From an uncultured Clostridia bacterium (GTDB lineage Bacteria > Bacillota > Clostridia > Oscillospirales > Acutalibacteraceae): a DNA stretch of 32,000 bases. Both the position numbers and the translations under genes were made by a program. The stretch lies in contig CALGRR010000004.1 in assembly GCA_937880805.1 (NCBI GenBank), forward strand, positions 56,984-88,983. Reading direction: 5' to 3'. Each line of letters begins with the position of its first letter. Position 1 is the first letter of the stretch. The notes below the pieces were generated by a model. The model saw only the letters and a program-made list of their open reading frames with translations, was not told the origin of the DNA and searched no databases. Shown one piece after another: positions 9,285 through 17,376 of this stretch.

Positions 9285-9519
9285 CCACCGGCTCTGCCGG
9301 TGGAGGTTACCCCGTAAAAAGCTTTAGCTTCAAGTATCGAGCGAAGCGAGTCACTTGTAAGAAAACTAAAGTTTAGTACAAACTTGGGTTGAGGTGTAAG
9401 TGCCCGTTTACGGGCGGTGGAGCAGTAGATGCATAAGAAAGAATATTCAGTGCGTCTTTAGATGTTTGCCGGTAAAAAGCCCTTATAGGGCTTAATCAAG
9501 CCACCGGCTTAGCCGGTGG
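9285..9519. other. Hairpin-dense, GC-rich non-coding element. Candidates: a structured ncRNA, or an ssDNA-active site such as ssi, an ssDNA promoter or an accessory oriT.
   Basis: Twin perfect hairpins CCACCGGC-TCT-GCCGGTGG (9285-9303) and CCACCGGC-TTA-GCCGGTGG (9501-9519) bracket:
- GCCCG-TTTA-CGGGC (9402-9415)
- AAGCCCT-TAT-AGGGCTT (9477-9493)
- an imperfect long hairpin (~9321-9373)

Repeated words: CGGTGGAG (9298-9305, 9415-9422) and GTAAAAAGC (9314-9322, 9472-9480). No ORF. Confidence 0.45.
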
Positions 9520-9599
9520 TTATGACTACGAACAATTGCTTAACCACAACATCTCCTCAAAACAATGATATATATTCATTCTATATGTGTATTTGTATT

Positions 9600-9628
9600 T
9601 TGTAAATTAAAATGAAACTACTTATTAT
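9600..9628 (+). promoter_or_regulatory. Candidate sigma-A promoter upstream of the DUF3848/primase gene block
   Basis: TTGTAA (9600-9605), 17-nt spacer, TATTAT (9623-9628). Confidence 0.35.
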
Positions 9629-9658
9629 AGTTACCAATAATGCTACAACAAATTTTTA

Positions 9659-9686
9659 GGGCAAGAATTATGTCTTGCCCTTTTTT
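9659..9686 (+). terminator. Intrinsic terminator or attenuator hairpin immediately before the RBS of the next gene
   Basis: GGGCAAGA (9659-9666) / TCTTGCCC (9673-9680), 6-nt loop, T6 (9681-9686). AGGAG follows, then the ATG at 9700. Confidence 0.7.
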
Positions 9687-9699
9687 AGGAGTTGATAAA

Positions 9700-10038
9700 A
9701 TGACAAGTGAACAGTTAAACACAGCTTTATATAAAAAGATGTATGCCGAACAGGAACAGTTTAAATCAATGCTTCGCAGTTCAACACCCGAGGTTATTAT
9801 GCAGCACTCTTATGAACTCGTTGTGAGAGAGGATATTCTGATTTCTCTCGAAGAAAATGATTTGACACCAACGCAATGCAAGGCACTTCTCAAACAAAAG
9901 AAACCGTTAAGTGAACTTTATCTCGCTTGGGAAAACGGCGAAAGTAATCATATGCAGGAAATACTTTCTTGTATTGAAAACAAAGCTGATGAACTTCACA
10001 ACTTACTTAAAGCACGAGCAAGTCGGGAGTGCAGATAA
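9700..10038 (+). CDS. DUF3848-like conjugative-element protein
   Basis: The ATG at 9700 follows AGGAG; the upstream part of the tracked ORF overlaps a terminator hairpin. The sequence pattern (YELVVREDILISLEENDL..) is as I remember for DUF3848 proteins of Clostridial ICEs. Family call from memory only. Confidence 0.65.
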   Translation: MTSEQLNTALYKKMYAEQEQFKSMLRSSTPEVIMQHSYELVVREDILISLEENDLTPTQCKALLKQKKPLSELYLAWENGESNHMQEILSCIENKADELHNLLKARASRECR

Positions 10039-10040
10039 CT

Positions 10041-10988
10041 ATGCTGTTCATTGACCCCGATACTGTTGCCCGTGTAAAAGAGGTTGACCTACTTACCTAC
10101 TTACAATACTGTGAGCCTGATGAACTGACAAGAGTATCCCCCAACACTTACTCAACCAAAACACACAGCAGCTTAAAAATATCCAACGGCAAATGGATGT
10201 GGTGGTCGAGAGGGATAGGCGGTAAAACCGCTTTGGATTTTCTTGTCAAAGTGAGAGGGATGGAATTTACAGATGCAGTTTTACAGATAGCAGCATTTGA
10301 AAAAAAACCCGTTACCACTCACGAAACCAAGCAAACGGTAAAGAGTTTTTCTCTGTTGCCGAGAGCACCCAATAACGATAAGGTTATCTCTTATCTTCTT
10401 AACAGAGGAATATCCCGAACGGTTATAGATCACTTTATCAATGAAGGTTTAATCTATCAGAGTTCGCAGAGAGATAACCTTGTGTTTGTAGGCTATGATG
10501 AAAAACACCAGCCGAGATATGCAACCGTAAGAGGTACAGGAAACAACCGTTTCTTTTATGACCTTGCAGGAAGTAATAAAGAATTTTCTTTTCGGCAGGT
10601 AAACAATAATACCGATTCAGTACACCTTTTTGAGAGTGCAATAGATTTAATTTCATACGCAACCCTTAGTGAAATGCAAGGCTCAGACTATAAAAGTTTG
10701 AGCCTTGTTTCTCTTTCGGGAGTATATAACCAAGGCAGCAATGAGCAAATTAAAATACCCGTTGCACTTTCATCTTACCTTGCAAAGCACGACACAAAGA
10801 CTATCCATCTTCACCTTGACAATGACCGAGCAGGACACAACGCTGCAAGAGCATTAGCTAATCTTCTATCAGATAAATACTCGGTAAGAAGTCACTTCGT
10901 ACCCGTAGGAAAAGATGTAAACGATTACCTTCGCTACACTTTAAACATACCATACAAATCTCAAAAAGAAAGGAGAGATTGCCGATGA
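10041..10988 (+). CDS. DUF3991 + Toprim domain protein (primase-like conjugative protein)
   Basis: N-terminal DUF3991-like segment (SLKISNGKWMWWSRGIGGKTALDFL). Toprim acidic motifs: LFESAIDLISY (Glu) and HLHLDNDRAG (DxD). The GTG at 10029 is an alternative start. Confidence 0.85.
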   Translation: MLFIDPDTVARVKEVDLLTYLQYCEPDELTRVSPNTYSTKTHSSLKISNGKWMWWSRGIGGKTALDFLVKVRGMEFTDAVLQIAAFEKKPVTTHETKQTVKSFSLLPRAPNNDKVISYLLNRGISRTVIDHFINEGLIYQSSQRDNLVFVGYDEKHQPRYATVRGTGNNRFFYDLAGSNKEFSFRQVNNNTDSVHLFESAIDLISYATLSEMQGSDYKSLSLVSLSGVYNQGSNEQIKIPVALSSYLAKHDTKTIHLHLDNDRAGHNAARALANLLSDKYSVRSHFVPVGKDVNDYLRYTLNIPYKSQKERRDCR

Positions 10989-11548
10989 AAGAGTTTGAAG
11001 TTGTTATAACCGAAACATTGAGAAAGTCTGTAAAAGTAATGGCAGACAGTTTGGATGAAGCACAACAGCAAGTCACAGATGAGTGGTATCGAGGTGAGTA
11101 TATTCTTGATGCCGACAGTTTTGACAGCGTAAATTTTGAAACAACAGAACTGCTTCCCGAAAAAATAAAGGTTGTCCTTTTAGAGCCAGGTAAGCTCGCA
11201 CAGGTTACAGAAATTGGCTACAAGTTTGAAGATATGAAGAAGGTAGTTGAAGGAAATATTGACATCATTCCTTTTGACGGTGACACCGTTATTGTATACA
11301 ACCGTGACGGAAAAACGGAGGGTTTACCACTCAATCGAAGTTTAAGAAACAAGGAAGGTCGAGTAACGGATATTATTGCCGGCAAGTTTTTTATCTGCAA
11401 AGGTGACGGTGATGACTTGGCAAGTTTAACCGATGTGCAGGTCGAAAAAGTTTCAGAGCGATTCAATAAGCCTGAAAGATTTTACAGGCAAGGTGAGGAA
11501 ATAAAAGCAATTCCTTATGTGCCGAACAAAAAAGATTTAGAAAGATAG
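10985..11548 (+). CDS. DpnD/PcfM-like N-terminal domain + DUF3846-like domain protein
   Basis: ATGA overlap with the stop of the previous gene; RBS AAAGGAGAG. N-terminus EFEVVITETLRKSVKVMADSLDEAQQQV is DpnD/PcfM-like. IKVVLLEPGK..IIPFDGDTVIVYNRDGKTEGLPLNR is DUF3846-like. Confidence 0.75.
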   Translation: MKEFEVVITETLRKSVKVMADSLDEAQQQVTDEWYRGEYILDADSFDSVNFETTELLPEKIKVVLLEPGKLAQVTEIGYKFEDMKKVVEGNIDIIPFDGDTVIVYNRDGKTEGLPLNRSLRNKEGRVTDIIAGKFFICKGDGDDLASLTDVQVEKVSERFNKPERFYRQGEEIKAIPYVPNKKDLER

Positions 11549-11561
11549 GAGGTGAATTTTA

Positions 11562-11834
11562 ATGAAGGACTACACAGTAATCGTAACCGAAATCAAGACT
11601 GTTGGAGTCACAGCTACAGCACCCTCAGCGGAAACAGCACTCAATATGGTAAGGACACTTAAAAAGCAGACACAGATACTCGATAACGCTCCCGATACAG
11701 AGTGCGAAACAGTATATAGAGTGTTTGAGGCAGAAGACGAAAACACGGATACGCCACCCTGTAATGGTGATTGCGAGAACTGTCCTTTTGCCGATGACGA
11801 GGACGAAGAAAACCTTATAGACGAAATCTGTTAA
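11562..11834 (+). CDS. Small DpnD/PcfM-like protein with an acidic, Cys-containing tail
   Basis: RBS AGGAGGTG. DYTVIVTEIKTVGVTATAPSAETALNMV parallels the N-terminus of the previous gene. Tail: CNGDCENCPFADDEDEE. Confidence 0.7.
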   Translation: MKDYTVIVTEIKTVGVTATAPSAETALNMVRTLKKQTQILDNAPDTECETVYRVFEAEDENTDTPPCNGDCENCPFADDEDEENLIDEIC

Positions 11835-11948
11835 AGGGATAGCTGATTTCGTGGCATTTGTCTTAGCGAGCAATGGATTTGTCCCGTCAAATCCGCACGT
11901 TAGGGATTTCACACCCCTAATACCCCGTGAAGAAAGGAGGAGATTCCA

Positions 11949-12053
11949 ATGAACACATTAGGCATTGTTGCCGTTGCAGTTCTCGCATTTGCTTCAAGCG
12001 CAACAGCAACAGTAATTAAGAATAAGCTTCAGAAGAAAGGAGTGATTGAATGA
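11949..12053 (+). CDS. Unannotated 34-aa hydrophobic micro-protein (MNTLGIVAVAVLAFASSATATVIKNKLQKKGVIE)
   Basis: Not in the ORF track (too short). Strong RBS GAAAGGAGGAG 6-7 nt upstream of the ATG. Its stop TGA (12051-12053) overlaps the mobC-like ATG (12050) as ATGA. Confidence 0.5.
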   Translation: MNTLGIVAVAVLAFASSATATVIKNKLQKKGVIE

Positions 12054-12373
12054 GAAGAAGACCTATCAGAGTAGATTTGTACCTTAATAAAAATGAGTAT
12101 AAAAGGCTTCGTCAGCTTTGTACGGAAACGGGTTTATCTATGTCAACCTTGCTTCGACATATGGTTAATGGCTGCGTCCCGAAGCAAATGCCGCCTGCCG
12201 ACTATACAAAACTTTTAAAGGAGTTTAATGCAATCGGCAGGAATTTAGACCAGCTTCTTGTTGTCGCCCGCACACAAAAATATATCAACACACCCGAATT
12301 GATGAAGGCTCTCAAAGAGATTGATTTTCTGAAAAATGAACTTGTTTCTGCGTTCAATCCAAGCGAAGAATAG
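12050..12373 (+). CDS. mobC: MobC-family relaxosome accessory protein
   Basis: Size, position immediately upstream of the relaxase, and the family-typical segment LKEFNAIGRNLDQLLVVAR (compare the xIGxNxNQxAr pattern of MobC proteins). Confidence 0.85.
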   Translation: MRRRPIRVDLYLNKNEYKRLRQLCTETGLSMSTLLRHMVNGCVPKQMPPADYTKLLKEFNAIGRNLDQLLVVARTQKYINTPELMKALKEIDFLKNELVSAFNPSEE

Positions 12374-13716
12374 CTACCACAAAACTTTGGAGTATCAAAG
12401 GAAGAATAGATAAAGCTCTTGACTATGCCACCAATCCCGATAAGACAAGATACACCGATGAGGAACTTCAATCTCTTTATGATGTTATGGATTATGCGAT
12501 GAATGACTCAAAGACAGAGCAGAAATGTTATGTTGAGGGACTGAATTGTTCGGAGGAAAATGCGAGAGATAATATGATGGCGGTTAAGAAAAGATACGGC
12601 AAGGTTGACGGAATTTTAGCCTTTCACGGCTACCAATCTTTCGCACCCGGCGAGGTAACTCCGCAACTCGCACACGATATTGGAATTGAACTTGCGACAA
12701 GAATGTGGGGAGATAAATTCCAAGTTATCGTTGCAACTCATCTCGACAAAGAACACATACACAATCACTTTGTCATCAACTCCGTATCGTTTGTTGACGG
12801 TAAAAAGTACAACTCTTGCAAAGAGAGTTACAGACTTTTGAGAAAGACTTCCGACGATATTTGTCGGGAGTACGGTCTGTCGGTTATCGAAAAACCGAAG
12901 TCCTCTGAACGAGTACCGTATCATATTCACGAAGCAGAAGAGAACAACCAACTGACAAAAAATAACTTTATGAAGAATGACATTGATGAGTGTATTCTGC
13001 TCTCGGTAAGTGAGCAGGATTTCTTTTCCCATATGCAACGCAGAGGTTACTCATTTGACTTCAACCGCAAATATCCAACCATATCTCATCCGAACTTTGC
13101 AAAAGCAAGACGACTGTATAAGCTCGGTGATGATTACACTCCCAAAAACATTTTAAAAAGAATTCAGCAATCACCAAGAAGGCAAAAAATCAATTTTCCT
13201 ATACAGGATAACTTGGTGGATAAATACTTTGTTCCTATGAAAGACCCCACATACCAAGAGGTCTATGTACGCTTCGTTACAGTAGTTAAAACCGTAAAGA
13301 AGCATCCCAATTCAAACCGATATTTGTACTCGACTCTTTATGCTGAAGTAAAGAAACTCGACCAACTTATAGAACAGCAAAACCTTTTATGCGGAAATAA
13401 TATTGACACTCCCGAACAACTTGCCGACTTCAAACAGTCACGCAAAGAAGAAATAAAAGAACTTGAAGAAGCAAGAAATGTTTTGCGAAACAAATTAAAA
13501 ATTGCTGTTCGCAGTGGCGATGAAAAGGAAATCCGAGAACTTAAAGAACATATTTCAAATCTTTCCGCCCGCATATCAATACTGCGGAGAGATGTTATTG
13601 TTTGTGAAAGAATTGATAATCAAAAGCCCGTTATAGACGAGCGAATTGACGAGTGCAAAAAATTGAATATCAGAAAGGAGAGAAACCACGATGAGCAGTT
13701 CAGGCGAAGCCGCTGA
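12370..13716 (+). CDS. Relaxase/mobilisation nuclease (MobA/VirD2-type, PF03432-like). The canonical start is missing; see findings.
   Basis: Histidine triad THLDKEHIHNHFVINSV.

The tracked ATG is at 12487, but the 38 in-frame codons upstream (12373-12486) encode ATTKLWSIKGRIDKALDYATNPDKTRYTDEELQSLYDV, which looks like the conserved relaxase N-terminus. The only start-like codon is ATA at 12370, overlapping the mobC TAG. Confidence 0.88.
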   Translation: MATTKLWSIKGRIDKALDYATNPDKTRYTDEELQSLYDVMDYAMNDSKTEQKCYVEGLNCSEENARDNMMAVKKRYGKVDGILAFHGYQSFAPGEVTPQLAHDIGIELATRMWGDKFQVIVATHLDKEHIHNHFVINSVSFVDGKKYNSCKESYRLLRKTSDDICREYGLSVIEKPKSSERVPYHIHEAEENNQLTKNNFMKNDIDECILLSVSEQDFFSHMQRRGYSFDFNRKYPTISHPNFAKARRLYKLGDDYTPKNILKRIQQSPRRQKINFPIQDNLVDKYFVPMKDPTYQEVYVRFVTVVKTVKKHPNSNRYLYSTLYAEVKKLDQLIEQQNLLCGNNIDTPEQLADFKQSRKEEIKELEEARNVLRNKLKIAVRSGDEKEIRELKEHISNLSARISILRRDVIVCERIDNQKPVIDERIDECKKLNIRKERNHDEQFRRSR

Positions 13717-14464
13717 ACAGGTAATGCGGATTACGATGGACGGTGTGCAAATGTTAATCAAGCTGTCAGGTGACAGCGCTGAACGATTACAGCGAATGAT
13801 TACCCTTGCACTCAAAGACAACAATACACCTTCAAAGGGTAAGGCTTCACTCAAAAAAATGCTCAAATCCAACAGTGCAGTAAAGGTCTTTGAAATAAAA
13901 GACAAGGATTTGAAAAAGTTTTGTGAGGCTGCTAAAAAATACGGCGTTATGTATCACGTTCTCAAAGATAAAAACAGCAACGATGGTAAATGTGACATTA
14001 TGGTAAGAGAAGAAGATGCAGCAAAGGTGAACAGAATTTTTGAGCGATTCAGTCTTGGTGCAAACAATAAAGCCATTGTTCGTGACGCTCTTGACAAAGC
14101 AAAGAATTCTCAAAAGGAAGTTCCTATGAGAAGTCAGCCCGGTAAAACACCCGATGACAAATTTGTCGAAATGCTGTTTAACAATCCACCGCAGAAAGAG
14201 AAGCCGTTCAACGAAAACCCTTCTGTGGCAAAGACGGAAAAATCCCGTCTGTCCGAGCCTACTTTCGGGGAACGAAACAACCATATATCCCCCTCAGAAC
14301 GGGATTGGACAAATTCGAAGGCTGAATCCCGCCCGTCAGTTCGTGCAAGGTTAAAAGAGATTAAAGCCGAGCAGAACAGGGCAAAAAGTGAAGCCGCCGA
14401 AATCAAAACACCAACCAAAAAGAAATCCAAAAAGAAAGGAGTCAAAGATAATGTCAGATCTTGA
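13691..14464 (+). CDS. PcfB-family (DUF3801) protein
   Basis: RBS AAAGGAGAG. The N-terminal half (AEQVMRITMDGVQMLIKLSG..VFEIKDKDLKKFCEAAKKYGVMYHVLKD..CDIMVREEDAAKVNRIFERF) matches my memory of PcfB/DUF3801. Lys-rich tail. Overlaps the relaxase 3' end. Confidence 0.8.
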   Translation: MSSSGEAAEQVMRITMDGVQMLIKLSGDSAERLQRMITLALKDNNTPSKGKASLKKMLKSNSAVKVFEIKDKDLKKFCEAAKKYGVMYHVLKDKNSNDGKCDIMVREEDAAKVNRIFERFSLGANNKAIVRDALDKAKNSQKEVPMRSQPGKTPDDKFVEMLFNNPPQKEKPFNENPSVAKTEKSRLSEPTFGERNNHISPSERDWTNSKAESRPSVRARLKEIKAEQNRAKSEAAEIKTPTKKKSKKKGVKDNVRS

Positions 14465-15353
14465 CGATATTATTATGAATGAACAGAACGGAACACAGGC
14501 TAACAAAAAAGAGCAGCCTGCGGAAACCAAAAACGAAAAATCGTTTGATAAGGAGGCTTGGGCAAAACGCAGGCAGGAAATCAAGAACGATGTTTATGCT
14601 ATGCTTGACAAAGCATCAAGCAGTCTTTCCGACCCGCTTAACTATGTTCGTTATCTTGCAGTACAGAGCCGCTTTGACAGATATGCTGTCAGTAATTCTC
14701 TGTTGGTTGCACACCAGATGCCCGAAGCACTTAAACTCCGTGACTTGGAGGCGTGGAACAAGGCAGGTGTATATATCAAGAAAAATGAAACAGGTATATA
14801 TATCCTTGAACCCGGCAAAGAGTTCAAACGTGAGGACGGAAGTGTAGGAACTTACTATGAGCCTAAAAAGGTTTTCGACATCACACAGACTACCGCCGTT
14901 CAGAAAATACCGCCCAAGAAAAGATACAATGAGCGTGTGCTTATTAAAGCACTCGTCAACACATCACCCGTACCCGTTGAAATCCGAAATGACCTTCCCG
15001 AAAATGTTTCGGCACTTTATAGAAGCGAAGATAAGGTTATTCATATCAGACAGGGTATGAAGGGTGACGACATCTTCCGTGCATTGTCAAAGGAAATTGC
15101 CCATGCGAGATTGGACAAGGGCGATTACAGCCGTGACAAATGCGAAGTAGCTGCATACGGTATTGCTTTTATCTCTTGTGCAAGAGCAGGTATAGACCCT
15201 GCTGACATTGACAGAAAGAAAAACCCGTTTGAGGGTAAAACCCCGAAGGACATAAGACAGGAACTTTCTGCAATTCGTGATGAAGCAAACAGTATGTCAC
15301 AGAGTATGTCAAAAATACTTGAAGCAAAGAACAAAAACAGAGATGCAAGATAA
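14451..15353 (+). CDS. ArdC-N-like ssDNA-binding / antirestriction-type protein with a degenerate metallopeptidase-like C-terminal region
   Basis: The ATG at 14451 follows AAAGGAG. YAVSNSLLVAHQMPEALKLRDLEAWNKAGVYIKKNETGIYILEP resembles the ArdC N-domain pattern. The C-terminal part carries KEIAH where relatives have HExxH. Family call from memory. Confidence 0.65.
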   Translation: MSDLDDIIMNEQNGTQANKKEQPAETKNEKSFDKEAWAKRRQEIKNDVYAMLDKASSSLSDPLNYVRYLAVQSRFDRYAVSNSLLVAHQMPEALKLRDLEAWNKAGVYIKKNETGIYILEPGKEFKREDGSVGTYYEPKKVFDITQTTAVQKIPPKKRYNERVLIKALVNTSPVPVEIRNDLPENVSALYRSEDKVIHIRQGMKGDDIFRALSKEIAHARLDKGDYSRDKCEVAAYGIAFISCARAGIDPADIDRKKNPFEGKTPKDIRQELSAIRDEANSMSQSMSKILEAKNKNRDAR

Positions 15354-15365
15354 AGGAGTTTGCCG

Positions 15366-15557
15366 ATGAAATCTGATAAACGAGTAATAACCGTTGACAG
15401 CTTTGAACACGATTTACTCATAAACGGTTTCAATGAGTTTCGCAACAAACTTCTTGAAGAGGATAAGCCGCTTGAAGATGTTGACAATCTTCTTATCAAA
15501 ATCATAGACGCACCGTTCGCAAGAGAAAAGAGGCGATTTGACCGTGAGGCAAGATAA
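15366..15557 (+). CDS. Small conserved hypothetical protein preceding the coupling-protein gene
   Basis: The ATG at 15366 follows AAAGGAG. The 3' end overlaps the VirD4 gene. Confidence 0.6.
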   Translation: MKSDKRVITVDSFEHDLLINGFNEFRNKLLEEDKPLEDVDNLLIKIIDAPFAREKRRFDREAR

Positions 15558-17376
15558 GTTTTCAAAGACTAATCTAATTCTTTATGCCTGCGGCTTAATT
15601 CCCGTTGTTTGGCTCGGTATGCTGATAGCACCATATATAAACGGTGGACTTGTCAGTATTGTAAATAATCTTTCCGTTGCTTTTGCTAATCCCCTAAACA
15701 TAACATTTTGTGAGGACAGCTTAAAAACTGTCCTCATTTTAATTGTGGTGTATGTCATAGGTATCGGCATATATCTTTCAAGTGAAAAGAATTACCGTAG
15801 ACGGGAAGAACACGGCTCGGCAAAATGGGGTAAAACTGATGTAATAAGGAAAAAGTATCTTAATAAAGAAGATATAACCCAAAACAAAATCTTAACTCAA
15901 AACACAGCCATAGGACTTGACGGCAGAGTACACAGACGAAATCTTAATATACTTTGTTGCGGTGGCAGCGGAGCCGGTAAGACACGTTTCTTCGCCAAAG
16001 TCAACGTAATTAATGCTAATACCTCTTTTATTGTCCTTGACCCCAAAGGCGAATTACTCCGTGACACGGGCAATCTTCTCAAAGCAAAAGGATATGAGAT
16101 TAAGGTTATAGACCTTATAAATATGGAAAAGAGTGACTGCTACAACCCGTTTGTCTATATCAAAGATGACAATGATATTCAGCGACTCGTCACCAACCTT
16201 TTCAAGAATACAACTCCTAAAGGCTCTCAATCTCAAGACCCGTTTTGGGACCAAGCGGCAAGTATGCTCTTGAAGGCACTCATATCTTTTCTACACTACG
16301 AAGCACCGCCTGAAGAACAGAACTTTTCAATGGTACTTGAAATGCTACGAGAGGGCGATGTTAGTGAGGAGGATGAAAACCTTGAAAGTCCGCTTGACAG
16401 GTTGTTCAACGAACTTGAAGTAAACAAGCCTAATCACATCGCACTTAAATATTACCGTTCTTATCATAAAGGCTCGGGTAAAACACTTAAATCAATTCAG
16501 ATCACATTACTTGCCCGCCTTGAAAAGTTCGATTTAACATCTCTTGCGTCTATGACACAAACCGATGAAATGAACTTGACGAGCATAGGAGAAAAGAAAA
16601 CTGCCGTCTTTGCGGTTATCCCCGACAATGACAGCAGTTTTAATTTTATAGTCGGTATGCTCTACACACAGTTATTTCAGCAGTTATATAACTTGGCTGA
16701 CTTCAAGCATTCGGGCAGACTACCCGTTCATGTTCATTTCATAATGGACGAGTTTGCCAATGTTGCCTTGCCCGATGACTTCGACAAACTTTTGGCAACA
16801 ATGCGTTCCCGTGAAATATCCGTGTCAATTATCATTCAGAATATGGCACAATTAAAGGCACTGTTTGAGAAACAGTGGGAAAGCATAGTCGGTAACTGTG
16901 ACGAGTTTTTATATCTCGGCGGTAATGAGCAGTCAACACACGAATATGTTTCAAAGCTGCTCGGCAAAGAAACCATTGATACAAATACCTACGGTCAATC
17001 CCGAGGACGTAACGGCAGTTATTCAACAAACTATCAGATTACGGGACGTGAGCTTCTCACTCCCGATGAAGTGCGAATGTTGGATAACAAGTATGCTCTG
17101 TTATTTATCCGAGGTGAAAGACCGATTCTCGACCTAAAGTATGACATACTAAAACACCCTAATGTGGGACTTACAACAGACGGACACGGAAAGCCGTATA
17201 TTCACGGATTCTCTGAATATTCTGTCGGTAATCTCACTTGTTCAAAATCTTCTCAGTCTGAAACAGAGAATGTTAATGAAACAACTGATGAAGATGCAAA
17301 TTATATCATTTATTCAAGCGAAGAAATTGAAGATTTTTTAATGAATTATAAGGAGGAAGAATCTAATGAAGAATAA
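15538..17376 (+). CDS. Type IV coupling protein, VirD4/TraG family (CD1115-like)
   Basis: Two N-terminal TM helices. Walker A CCGGSGAGKT, Walker B HFIMDEFANV. Size about 610 aa. Start is the TTG at 15538 or the GTG at 15544. Confidence 0.95.
   Translation: MTVRQDKFSKTNLILYACGLIPVVWLGMLIAPYINGGLVSIVNNLSVAFANPLNITFCEDSLKTVLILIVVYVIGIGIYLSSEKNYRRREEHGSAKWGKTDVIRKKYLNKEDITQNKILTQNTAIGLDGRVHRRNLNILCCGGSGAGKTRFFAKVNVINANTSFIVLDPKGELLRDTGNLLKAKGYEIKVIDLINMEKSDCYNPFVYIKDDNDIQRLVTNLFKNTTPKGSQSQDPFWDQAASMLLKALISFLHYEAPPEEQNFSMVLEMLREGDVSEEDENLESPLDRLFNELEVNKPNHIALKYYRSYHKGSGKTLKSIQITLLARLEKFDLTSLASMTQTDEMNLTSIGEKKTAVFAVIPDNDSSFNFIVGMLYTQLFQQLYNLADFKHSGRLPVHVHFIMDEFANVALPDDFDKLLATMRSREISVSIIIQNMAQLKALFEKQWESIVGNCDEFLYLGGNEQSTHEYVSKLLGKETIDTNTYGQSRGRNGSYSTNYQITGRELLTPDEVRMLDNKYALLFIRGERPILDLKYDILKHPNVGLTTDGHGKPYIHGFSEYSVGNLTCSKSSQSETENVNETTDEDANYIIYSSEEIEDFLMNYKEEESNEE

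Noticed and set aside
9285-9519. The hairpin island as a tRNA, riboswitch, group II intron domain V/VI or retron msr/msd
   Set aside because: There is no cloverleaf or anticodon arm, no domain-V-like 34-nt motif, no reverse transcriptase gene nearby, and no riboswitch consensus I recognise. It is kept as an unexplained structured element instead.
12361-12375. Programmed -1 frameshift fusing MobC to the relaxase
   Set aside because: The relaxase frame is -1 relative to mobC, but the junction (AGC GAA GAA TAG) has no X-XXY-YYZ slippery heptamer and no obvious downstream stimulatory structure.
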